A stretch of DNA of 64,000 nucleotides from Candidatus Moraniibacteriota bacterium (GTDB lineage: Bacteria > Patescibacteriota > Minisyncoccia > Moranbacterales > UBA2206). The notes beneath the pieces are model-generated. The model had not been told where the DNA came from, ran no database searches, and saw only the letters and a program-made list of their open reading frames with translations. Below, one piece after another: positions 47,052-55,585 of this stretch. Position 1 is the stretch's first letter, and the number at the start of each line of letters is the position of its first letter. The stretch spans positions 196,095-260,094 of the forward strand of contig JAUSNP010000006.1 of the NCBI GenBank assembly GCA_030645735.1, written 5' to 3'. The position numbers and the translations under genes are program-made.

Positions 47052-47157
47052 TGTCATTGCGAATGAGTTCCGCCGCAGAACGACTGTGTGGCAATCTCAA
47101 GTTTCAGTGCATAGAACAAAGGGATTGCCACACTCCTTTCAGTCGCTCGCAATGACA
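47052..47157. repeat. Palindromic element (TGTCATTGCGA ... TCGCAATGACA)
   Basis: 11 bp terminal inverted repeat plus inner TGTGTGGCAATC / GATTGCCACAC pair. Confidence 0.85.
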
Positions 47158-47165
47158 AATAAATG

Positions 47166-48020
47166 TTATTTCATCAACTCTGCTTTCACGATGAGTCTTT
47201 TGAAGTTTGTGCCCAACGGCCAACAAGTGGAAAGTGTCAAAGATGAATTCTGTGTCTCAGCAAAAATTCGCTCATCGTCTGGCACGGTCACAAATTTGTC
47301 GCCCACCGCATAACGATTCACAATTATTTTGCCATTTTTTTGCATAGATCTAACAATGATTGTATCGCCTTGTTCCAAATCATTTAGATTTTTGAAGATG
47401 TGATTGAAGTTTCCCTTGGCCCAAATATAATTGCTAGAATGGCCAGAAATGACCGCGTTGCCATTTTGTCCTGGAGCGGCCGTCTTGAAGAAATGACTCA
47501 CGCCATTTTCCAATTCCGACAACATATTCTTTTCATCATTGCTCAATGACCAAACCATTGGCGCCTCCACACCGATTTTTTCAATTTGAATGTTTACCAT
47601 CGGTTTGGAATCTCCAGGTGCGTCTGGATCATAGCCATTGGCAATTTCCTGTTTGTCAGAAAAACCATCTTTGTCAGTGTCGACATTGTTCGGATCCGTG
47701 CCGTGCGTATATTCCAAATAGTTCGCTAGGCCGTCGCCATCCGCATCAGCGTCATAGATGTTGGCGCCGGTTAGATTGTTGGCTCTGGCCCAATCGACAA
47801 ACCCAATCGAACCAACTTCAGTTGAGCCAATTCTTTTTTGCAATTCATCATCAGTTTGAGTCTTTTGAATCGACCCTGTGATCTGAGTTGTTTTTCCAGT
47901 CAAGAAAGAAAAATCCAAATTAACCAGATAGAATGCCCCCATGAATACAGCCAAAGAAAGGCTGGCGATAAGCGCAGCCCTCTTGGAATACTGTTTGATT
48001 TTAACCAGTATTTTGCTCAT
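47166..48020 (-). CDS. Sortase with Ca-binding DxDxDG repeats
   Basis: N-terminal TM; DADADGDGL and DTDKDGFSD; catalytic GHSS, TLSTC, R. Confidence 0.93.
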   Translation of the reverse strand: MSKILVKIKQYSKRAALIASLSLAVFMGAFYLVNLDFSFLTGKTTQITGSIQKTQTDDELQKRIGSTEVGSIGFVDWARANNLTGANIYDADADGDGLANYLEYTHGTDPNNVDTDKDGFSDKQEIANGYDPDAPGDSKPMVNIQIEKIGVEAPMVWSLSNDEKNMLSELENGVSHFFKTAAPGQNGNAVISGHSSNYIWAKGNFNHIFKNLNDLEQGDTIIVRSMQKNGKIIVNRYAVGDKFVTVPDDERIFAETQNSSLTLSTCWPLGTNFKRLIVKAELMK

Positions 48021-48042
48021 TTTATATAAATGAAACGATTTA

Positions 48043-48573
48043 TTATTTTGTGCGAGTTGCAAATTTCTTCACACCTACAACTGTAGCAAACAAAGCTAGG
48101 CCAGCGATTGACGCCAACACAAGACTATCACTTCCAGTAGCTGGCAATCTTTTCTTATATACAACCCTACGCACCTTTTTATCGCGATGATCAATTTTGC
48201 CGTCATGATTAGTATCTTCACGAACAATTTCCACTTCTGTATTTATGCGCGAGTTTGTATTTGAACTACTTGATCCGCCAGTACTAGCTGTCGATGTAAA
48301 GCTTGACCCGCCAGTTGAACTAGCAGATACAGCACCCACTGTAGCAGAGCTAGAACCACCATCAACAGAGATGTCACCGACACTAGCAGTCGCATTGCCA
48401 CCCGTAGCAATTGCCGTGCTAGAAGCACTGCCACCTGTAGCAGTATTTGTGTTGGTATTGGTGCTAGTGTTATCAAGATCAATCTCAATATTATCCGCTG
48501 ACACAAAATTCACCGCGAATGTCATTGCCAACACTGCAAGCACTGCTACGAAGATTAAAGTTTTTTTACTCAT
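48043..48573 (-). CDS. LPXTG cell-wall-anchored protein
   Basis: Signal peptide; S/T/G-rich body; LPATG + TM + basic tail KKFATRTK. Confidence 0.9.
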   Translation of the reverse strand: MSKKTLIFVAVLAVLAMTFAVNFVSADNIEIDLDNTSTNTNTNTATGGSASSTAIATGGNATASVGDISVDGGSSSATVGAVSASSTGGSSFTSTASTGGSSSSNTNSRINTEVEIVREDTNHDGKIDHRDKKVRRVVYKKRLPATGSDSLVLASIAGLALFATVVGVKKFATRTK

Positions 48574-48667
48574 ACATTTATTTATCCCGTTAAATTGCGC
48601 CTTATAGCGCGTATTCAACTGAGATCTTATTTATTACTTAAATTATATTAAAATTCTGAGATATTAC

Positions 48668-48696
48668 AGACTATCATAAAGGCTGATTTTTGTCAA
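48668..48696 (-). promoter_or_regulatory. Sigma70 promoter of the LPXTG-sortase operon
   Basis: TTGACA-17 nt-TAGTCT with extended TG. Confidence 0.7.
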
Positions 48697-48715
48697 TGCA
48701 TAATTTTTTAAACGC

Positions 48716-48743
48716 AAAAAAACGCGTTAACAAGGCGTTTTTT
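48716..48743. terminator. Intrinsic terminator
   Basis: A7-CGC...GCG-T6. Confidence 0.6.
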
Positions 48744-48781
48744 GTGTGTTTGTTTTGGTTTTATTTTTAGAGCAGCTTTGG

Positions 48782-49936
48782 CTACAACTGCACCGCAACC
48801 TTCATTTCTTGCCCATCGCGCAAAACTGTCAGTTCAATTTGCTCGCCTTTTTTGTGTTGATAGAGCAAATCTGAGAAAGATTTTTCCAAAGTAATTTTTT
48901 GTTCCCCCACTGCAGTGATGATGTCATTCAATTTGAGTCCAGCTTTTTGGGCGGGAGAATTGGCAATGACAGCAAGGCCTTGTTGGCCGGAAGCGGAATA
49001 GATCAATGCCCCCGTTTCCACGCTCAAATTATTTTCCAAAGCATAGGTTTTGGAAAGTGGTATATAGTAGGCGCCCAGCACTGGATTTGCTTCCAGTTCT
49101 TTTCGGATCGCGCGTTCAATCACCAATTTAACTTTGTTGGAAGGAATCAAGAAAAAACTTGACGCTCCATTTTTTTCAACCACACCAGCCATGCCCACAA
49201 TTTGTCCGCTATAATCCACAGCTGGTCCGCCGATGAAATATTTTTGGAAATTGAAATCAGCTTCGTAGACGCCTTCCAATTTTTCAGAAGATGATATGGC
49301 CAATCCCGCCAAATTATATTCTGGATTGAAATCACTAATAAGCCCGGCCGCATAACGATTTGCATATGAGCCAAAGCTGTTGGCGATAGTTATCACTTTC
49401 TCACCCGCTTTGATGCTATTGGAATCTGCAAAGGAAGCCGCGGAAAGGTTGTTGGCATTCACTTTCAAGAAGGCTAAATTGCTATAGCTATCAACGCCCA
49501 AAAGACTGGCTTCATAAACTGCGCCGTCATAAGTCATGACTTGATATTTGGAATCCGCCAAATTGATAGCCGAAGCATAAGTCAGAATCATACCGTCGCC
49601 TGTCACAATCACGCCGGTGCCATTTTTGGAAGCCACGGCTTTTTTCGCAGTCACGTTCTTAGCATCCTTGTTGGTATAGGAAACAATGTTGACCACCGAA
49701 GACGAGACTTGATTGGCGATTTTGCTGATGGAAGTTTCTTCTTTGACTGTCAATTGTTCCGTTCGGTTGATAATGGTGATGTCTTCTGAGCCTTTTTTCA
49801 AAAATTCATATTGCGAGAAAAACTTGGTCGTGCTGAGATATGGAAAAAAATAGCGATCCGCGATGATGCCACCCAATCCACCAAAAACCATTAGAACTAG
49901 AATAAAGATAACTTTTTTCGTAATTTTTTTTGTCAT
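48782..49936 (-). CDS. HtrA/DegP-like trypsin + PDZ protein with a degenerate catalytic triad
   Basis: TM anchor; SVVNI, GTGVIV..DG.ILT, GGP; PDZ motif SPAQKAGLKLNDII. Confidence 0.85.
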   Translation of the reverse strand: MTKKITKKVIFILVLMVFGGLGGIIADRYFFPYLSTTKFFSQYEFLKKGSEDITIINRTEQLTVKEETSISKIANQVSSSVVNIVSYTNKDAKNVTAKKAVASKNGTGVIVTGDGMILTYASAINLADSKYQVMTYDGAVYEASLLGVDSYSNLAFLKVNANNLSAASFADSNSIKAGEKVITIANSFGSYANRYAAGLISDFNPEYNLAGLAISSSEKLEGVYEADFNFQKYFIGGPAVDYSGQIVGMAGVVEKNGASSFFLIPSNKVKLVIERAIRKELEANPVLGAYYIPLSKTYALENNLSVETGALIYSASGQQGLAVIANSPAQKAGLKLNDIITAVGEQKITLEKSFSDLLYQHKKGEQIELTVLRDGQEMKVAVQL

Positions 49937-49942
49937 TTTTTT

Positions 49943-49967
49943 AACTTTAAAAACTTTATGGACTTTT
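49943..49967. repeat. Solo right arm of the 9-mer element
   Basis: AACTTTAAAAACTTTATGGACTTTT. Confidence 0.65.
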
Positions 49968-49969
49968 GG

Positions 49970-50710
49970 CTATACCACTGGCAACCATTTCGCGCTCAGT
50001 AGCACCAAACTAATTATCACTGAGAAAAAAATCATATTAGCCACTACCCGCTTTTTGCTCAATAAATTGAGTAAAAAACTCTGCACGAGATCCCACAGAA
50101 CATAGTATAGTATAAGGGCAATCACGCCTGTCGTCAAATAGCCAAATGGCCAAAAATTCATCGTCCAAACAAGTTCAGCCATCACCAATGCCAACAGAAA
50201 GCTATAAATCCAGGCGGTTTTTCGATCATCTGGCTTGATAATTAGAAAATATTGATAACTCACCAACAGTGTTACCACCAGATACACTAGCATCAAATAA
50301 TAGAGGGGTACGAAAAAATTCAGATACAAGCCGTAAGCGCCTGAATAGGTGAAGAAAATCGTGGCTGCCATAGCGGCCATATTCATACCCTTGGCTGTTT
50401 GATCGCCCGCATACAATCCCAATCGATAGGCGCCAAAAAGCGCCAAATAATACATACCGCTGGCTAGGAATATAAAAATTTGTTCTTCAAAAGACAGGGT
50501 TATTAGATATAAAAGTGCTGCCGAAGACAAGGTGAAGAAAATTGGCAAAACCGCGAAAAACCATTTACCGCCAATTTTTCTGGCTCCGTAGGCCGAAATT
50601 ACAAGCAAAGACAAAATTATCCAAACTACCAAATCTTCCTTCCACAAAATCAACTCCAAACCAAGGAGAAAAATGAGGCTTTGCAAGAGTGGTTGTAATC
50701 GTAGAAACAT
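49970..50710 (-). CDS. Multi-pass membrane protein
   Basis: 246 aa with about 8-9 TM segments. Confidence 0.8.
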   Translation of the reverse strand: MFLRLQPLLQSLIFLLGLELILWKEDLVVWIILSLLVISAYGARKIGGKWFFAVLPIFFTLSSAALLYLITLSFEEQIFIFLASGMYYLALFGAYRLGLYAGDQTAKGMNMAAMAATIFFTYSGAYGLYLNFFVPLYYLMLVYLVVTLLVSYQYFLIIKPDDRKTAWIYSFLLALVMAELVWTMNFWPFGYLTTGVIALILYYVLWDLVQSFLLNLLSKKRVVANMIFFSVIISLVLLSAKWLPVV

Positions 50711-50722
50711 CCGAAAAATTTA

Positions 50723-50906
50723 GAGCCTGTTCAAAATCTCATGCCTAGATAAAATTTTCTAATTTCGAGCGAAAACCATGAAAAGTGAGAAAGGCTATCG
50801 AGATAACCTGACGAGCTTTGAAGGGTTTGCAGTCGAAATTAGAAGATTTTAGCAGGCAAGCAATATATTAGTTTTTAAAATAAGCGGTGAGATTTTGAAC
50901 AGGCTC
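50723..50906. mobile_element. 184 bp MITE with 19 bp terminal inverted repeats and TTA target duplication
   Basis: TTA-GAGCCTGTTCAAAATCTCA ... TGAGATTTTGAACAGGCTC-TTA; inner inverted repeat AAAATTTTCTAATTTCGA / TCGAAATTAGAAGATTTT. Confidence 0.82.
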
Positions 50907-50971
50907 TTATTACTTAATATCCTTACTATATCATTTTCCCGTGGCAAAAACAAATTTCATGACTTTGCCAC

Positions 50972-51007
50972 AAAAAAAGACCTGCATTTTCATAGCAGGT
51001 CTTTTTT
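50972..51007. terminator. Intrinsic terminator downstream of ferredoxin
   Basis: A7-GACCTGC...GCAGGTC-T6. Confidence 0.85.
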
Positions 51008-51025
51008 CTGAAATATCAAATCAAT

Positions 51026-51205
51026 TTATTCAACTGAAATTGCGCTCACTGGGCAGCTGTCAGCTGCTTCTTGACAATTGCAATCGCCACATTCCTCGGA
51101 GATAACCTTAGATTTTCCATCCTCGATTTTGAACACTGTTGGACAAAGTGACTCACAAGTCCCACATCCGATGCAAAGGTCTTCATTTACTACTGCTTTT
51201 GACAT
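51026..51205 (-). CDS. Ferredoxin (59 aa, missing from the ORF track)
   Basis: MSKAVVNEDLCIGCGTCESLCPTVFKIEDGKSKVISEECGDCNCQEAADSCPVSAISVE. Confidence 0.95.
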   Translation of the reverse strand: MSKAVVNEDLCIGCGTCESLCPTVFKIEDGKSKVISEECGDCNCQEAADSCPVSAISVE

Positions 51206-51249
51206 ATATTTTTTATTAAAAAATTAATTATTTAACCTCTATTTGATAT

Positions 51250-52290
51250 CTAAAATATCACGGAAATATCTCCAGCCGAATTGGTATCAAGATTTTTTTC
51301 AAAATCTTGCATATCAGCCTTCACAAAATCAACTATGGCCGTCTCTTTGTTCCAGCGATAATCTTTAAGCAAAATCAAAACACTCATATTTTTTTCTTGT
51401 TCCAACAGCCAATCAGCAAAATCCTTTTGACGCACTATAACTTGGCTAATCTTAACCTTATCTATGCCATCTTCAGTCTTTTTATCATCCACTTGGACAA
51501 TGTGAAATCCAATGGAACTTTCAATCACATCACTTTGATCGCCTTTTTTCATAATGAAAGCCGCTGTAGCAATTTCCGGCATCATTTGATCAGCTGTAAA
51601 CCAACCTAAGTCTCCGCCATTGCGCCCACTCTCACCTTCCGAATATTTTTTGGCCACCTCTGCAAAAACTGCGCCGCTTTTCAATTCCGTTTGTGCTTGG
51701 GTTATTTTATTTTTTGCCTTAGTAAAATCCGCATCATTCTCACGCATATTTTTTTCCAATTCAGCGCGGTACATATCCGGTCGCACAATTTTGTCTTCAA
51801 AATCACTCATTGTCCAACCATACAAATCAAGCATAGTTTTGGACACATCCGTTCCTCCATTAGACAGTTGCGAAATTTCCCGATCAACATTTTGTGAAAC
51901 CATAGCTTTGCTGATAACAATATTTCTGTCCGTCGCCAATTTTTCAATAATCTTATTTTCGATCAATTTGTTCAGCAAATCTTTTTCTTTGATTTTCAGT
52001 CTCTTTTGCCCATCAGCTGTGGCAAAATCAACTCGATAGCCAATGTCCGAAAAATTTTGATTTTCATAGAATTTTTTGACTGAGGCTAAATTGTCCGCCA
52101 ATTCACCAGAGACCACTAAAGCATTTCCAGAAACAATCGCCACTGGAAAATGCAACAAATTAGCTGCCTTGCTTACTGCTGAATTGCGCATGCCAAAACC
52201 ATAGAACAAAATTGCCATCGCCAAAACAAACGCCAAAAGTATAGCCAGACAGGATATGATAATTGTGCTTAGTTTGATATTTTTTTCCAT
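51250..52290 (-). CDS. PrsA/SurA-like peptidyl-prolyl isomerase
   Basis: TM anchor, SurA-N-like helices, parvulin motif FAEVAKKYSE..GGDLGW..GFHIV. Confidence 0.92.
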   Translation of the reverse strand: MEKNIKLSTIIISCLAILLAFVLAMAILFYGFGMRNSAVSKAANLLHFPVAIVSGNALVVSGELADNLASVKKFYENQNFSDIGYRVDFATADGQKRLKIKEKDLLNKLIENKIIEKLATDRNIVISKAMVSQNVDREISQLSNGGTDVSKTMLDLYGWTMSDFEDKIVRPDMYRAELEKNMRENDADFTKAKNKITQAQTELKSGAVFAEVAKKYSEGESGRNGGDLGWFTADQMMPEIATAAFIMKKGDQSDVIESSIGFHIVQVDDKKTEDGIDKVKISQVIVRQKDFADWLLEQEKNMSVLILLKDYRWNKETAIVDFVKADMQDFEKNLDTNSAGDISVIF

Positions 52291-52303
52291 TGTGACTATA
52301 TAC

Positions 52304-52699
52304 TTAATATTTGAATAAATAATTCCACCACTTTTGATAATTCGGCAAAGATTCTTTCTTTTCTGGGCTGCTAATTCTGACGGGTTGTTCAACTGCGCTC
52401 TCCTTAACCATATTTGGCCGCACCACAATCAAGTGTTCGTCTGGCTTTTGCTTGTTCAATTCCTTGCTTTGTTTTTCAGCATAATCACTGCTTCCATAAT
52501 AGGCCAATTTTTCTTGTAGCATGGAATTGTCTCGACTGATGCGGTCTTTTTCTTCTATCAAAGCATTGATGATGTCTTGTTTTTGTTTTTTCTGCTGTGT
52601 TTCTTTGTAGATTGAAAAAATAACCAATCCCAGAATTACCACTCCCACCAGCAAACCGATTTTTATCAAAATTGGACTGATATTTATTTTGTCGCGCAT
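52304..52699 (-). CDS. Septum formation initiator (FtsB/DivIC-like)
   Basis: TM + coiled coil + Y.EK..KELN..KPDE. Confidence 0.75.
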   Translation of the reverse strand: MRDKINISPILIKIGLLVGVVILGLVIFSIYKETQQKKQKQDIINALIEEKDRISRDNSMLQEKLAYYGSSDYAEKQSKELNKQKPDEHLIVVRPNMVKESAVEQPVRISSPEKKESLPNYQKWWNYLFKY

Positions 52700-52702
52700 A
52701 AT

Positions 52703-52816
52703 CTACATATTCATTAAGGCTGGAGCGACTGTAAAACCAATCATCGCCAAAACCGCCAAGATGGAAATTACCACCCAAAGCTTATGCATCAGCTTAGTTC
52801 TCTTTTTTATACTCAT
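52703..52816 (-). CDS. 37-aa single-TM small protein (missing from the ORF track)
   Basis: MSIKKRTKLMHKLWVVISILAVLAMIGFTVAPALMNM; stop 3 nt before the next ATG. Confidence 0.7.
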   Translation of the reverse strand: MSIKKRTKLMHKLWVVISILAVLAMIGFTVAPALMNM

Positions 52817-52886
52817 AAAAAACAACTTTAAATTTCATTTAAAACCATATGGTTATTTTAGCAAATTTTGCCTCGCAAGACAACTA

Positions 52887-53630
52887 TTAGAACAACTTGT
52901 TTGGACTTAGATATTTATCCAGGGTGAAAATCCAATTTTCATCGTTTTCTAAGCCATTCTCACGCGCCATCACTTTTTGATTGAAAAGCCATGCTAAATA
53001 GCCCACGTCTTTTTTGGCCACTTCACTCACCTTCTCGCCCATATATTTTCCAAAATTGAATTTTTTGATCAAAACCGGACGAGCGGAAATTTCCATCATT
53101 TCTTGCAAAACTCTTTCTTCAGAGCTAAGGTCAATTAGCATTTGTTGAAAATATCTTTCGAAAAGTCGTTCCAAAACCCGCACATCTCCCAAGGCATCAT
53201 GCGCTGAAGCGTTCTCGACTTCTAAATCAAAATAGTAACGCAAATATTGCAAATTATATTTCGGAATCTCGCCATCCACATCCAAGTGTTGCGCGATTTT
53301 CAAAGTATCGATAATATTTTTGATCTCAATATTTTCTCGTTTCAAAATCCCCGCGTCAAACTGCGCATTGTGTGCCACCAAAATATTGTCGCCAGCAAAA
53401 ATGTTTTCCACATCCGTTTTCATCTGTGAGCCCTCGAAAGATTCTTTGTCAGCCACCATTTTGTTGGTGATATGCGTCACTGACATCGCTTCAATTTCAA
53501 TCGGCACTGGCGGTTTGAAAAGCGCCTCAACTTCTTTGCCAGCAAATGAATAGGCCACCTGACACAATCGCCCATCTGCGCCAATACCAGTGGTCTCTGT
53601 GTCCAAAAATACTAAATTGCTTTTATTCAT
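52887..53630 (-). CDS. DEDDh 3'-5' exonuclease (ExoX/DnaQ-like)
   Basis: LDTETTG, VAHNAQFD, HDALGD; C-terminal FGKY.G motif. Confidence 0.92.
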   Translation of the reverse strand: MNKSNLVFLDTETTGIGADGRLCQVAYSFAGKEVEALFKPPVPIEIEAMSVTHITNKMVADKESFEGSQMKTDVENIFAGDNILVAHNAQFDAGILKRENIEIKNIIDTLKIAQHLDVDGEIPKYNLQYLRYYFDLEVENASAHDALGDVRVLERLFERYFQQMLIDLSSEERVLQEMMEISARPVLIKKFNFGKYMGEKVSEVAKKDVGYLAWLFNQKVMARENGLENDENWIFTLDKYLSPNKLF

Positions 53631-53659
53631 ATTTTTTTATTTTTATTATATTAGAAGTG

Positions 53660-53701
53660 ATTTGCATATTCGCATCATTCGCATACATTCGTAGATTTGT
53701 A
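53660..53701. repeat. Degenerate ATTCGCAT tandem repeat
   Basis: ATTTGCAT-ATTCGCAT-C-ATTCGCAT-AC-ATTCGTAG-ATTTGTA. Confidence 0.7.
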
Positions 53702-53709
53702 TTATATTT

Positions 53710-55530
53710 TTATTTCTTCAACACCGCCAAAAAAGCATCCGATGGAATGTTGACCTTGCCGAGACTTTTCATTTTTTTCTTGCCGCGCTTTTGTTTGTCC
53801 AAAAGCTTATTTTTTCGCGTTACATCGCCGCCGTATAGATAGCCTGTCACATCCTTGCGATAGGGCTGAATGTTTTCACGCGCGATGATTTTTCCACCAA
53901 TGGCTGCCTGCAAAATAATCAAAAAGTTTTGTTTCGGCACTGAATTTTTCAATTTTTCTACAATCGCCTTGCCTTCGCTGACCGCCTTTTCTCTCGGCAC
54001 GATGCGAGAAAAAGCTTCATATTTCTCACCAGCGACCAAAATATCCATCTTCACCAAATCGTTCGGTCGATAGTCTCTGATTTCATAATTGAGTGATGCA
54101 TAGCCCGAAGACGCGCTTTTCAAATCATCATGCAAATTCGTAATCACATCCGTCAGTGGACAATCGAAAGTCAAAATGATTCTTTCGCTATCGATATATT
54201 CCGTATTCACATATTGTCCGCGCGTGTTGCGCATCACTTCCATAATTGAACCGAGATAGTTAGCTGGCGAAATGACATCTAATTTAGCATAGGGTTCATA
54301 AATTTTGTCCAAAACTGAAGCATCAGGCATTTCCGTGGCTGAATAAATCTTGGTGCGCCCAGGTTTATTTTTGACTTCAATTTCATACACAACACTGGGC
54401 GTGGTGATGGTTGGACTAATTTCAAATTCTCGTTCCAATCTTGATTGAATGATTTCCAAATGCAACATACCCAAAAATCCGCAACGAAAACCACGGCCAA
54501 GTGCCTGGCTCGACTCTGGTTCAAATTCAAAAGCGGCGTCATTGAGTTTCAATTTATCCAATGCGTCGCGCATGAAGTTATAATCATCACCTTCAGTTGG
54601 ATAGAAAGACGCATACACCATTGGGGTCACTTTCTTGTAACCTGGCAACGGCGTGATCAAATTGGTTTTGGCGCGCTTATCTTTTTCATACATCAGAGTG
54701 TTGGTGATGGTGTCACCCACGCGGCAAAACTCCACGCTTTTGAAACCCGTCGCCAAATAACCAATGTCGCCTGCTGTCAAAAGATCAAACTTTTGCATAT
54801 CTGGCTTGAAATATCCCACTTCCACCACATCACTATCTGCCATACCAGCCATCATCGTCACTTCGTCATCACGCTTCACTCGACCATCCAAAACTCGCAC
54901 ATAGGCCACCACGCCTTTATAGGTGTCATATTTTGAATCAAAAATCAAAGCGCGCAAAGGTTTTTCAGCGTCGCCTCGCGGATGTGGAATTGTGCGCACA
55001 ATTTCTTCCAAAAGTTTATCCACGCCCAAACCAGTCTTGCCAGACACTTCAAAAATTTCTTCTTCTTTGCAACCCAAAACATGAATAATTTCTTTTTTGA
55101 CTTTCGGCGCATCGGCATTGGGCAAATCCACCTTGTTGACCACGGGAATGATTTCCAAACCCTGCTCAATCGCTAGATATAAATTCGACAAAGTCTGCGC
55201 CTGCACGCCCTTGGTGGCATCCACCAACAGCACCACGCCTTCCACTGCGGCCAATGACCTTGAGACTTCATAACCAAAGTCGACATGTCCTGGAGTGTCG
55301 ATCAAATTCAAAACATATTTTTGCCCATCCAATTCATAATTCATTCGCACGGGTTGCAATTTGATGGTGATGCCACGCTCGCGCTCCAAGTCCATTTGGT
55401 CCAATAGTTGCGCCTTCATATCGCGTTTTTCCACGGTTTTTGTCAATTCCAAAAAACGATCAGACAAGGTAGATTTCCCGTGATCGATATGCGCGATTAT
55501 GGCAAAATTTCGAACATTTTTCTGATTCAT
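53710..55530 (-). CDS. lepA: Elongation factor 4
   Basis: IAHIDHGKSTL, ERERGITIK, DTPGHVDF, GFLGMLH, YGGDVTRK.KLL. Confidence 0.99.
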   Translation of the reverse strand: MNQKNVRNFAIIAHIDHGKSTLSDRFLELTKTVEKRDMKAQLLDQMDLERERGITIKLQPVRMNYELDGQKYVLNLIDTPGHVDFGYEVSRSLAAVEGVVLLVDATKGVQAQTLSNLYLAIEQGLEIIPVVNKVDLPNADAPKVKKEIIHVLGCKEEEIFEVSGKTGLGVDKLLEEIVRTIPHPRGDAEKPLRALIFDSKYDTYKGVVAYVRVLDGRVKRDDEVTMMAGMADSDVVEVGYFKPDMQKFDLLTAGDIGYLATGFKSVEFCRVGDTITNTLMYEKDKRAKTNLITPLPGYKKVTPMVYASFYPTEGDDYNFMRDALDKLKLNDAAFEFEPESSQALGRGFRCGFLGMLHLEIIQSRLEREFEISPTITTPSVVYEIEVKNKPGRTKIYSATEMPDASVLDKIYEPYAKLDVISPANYLGSIMEVMRNTRGQYVNTEYIDSERIILTFDCPLTDVITNLHDDLKSASSGYASLNYEIRDYRPNDLVKMDILVAGEKYEAFSRIVPREKAVSEGKAIVEKLKNSVPKQNFLIILQAAIGGKIIARENIQPYRKDVTGYLYGGDVTRKNKLLDKQKRGKKKMKSLGKVNIPSDAFLAVLKK

Positions 55531-55585
55531 AGTATATCTAGCTTAGCCTAGAATCGCAGAATAATCAAGAATTATGAATAAACTC

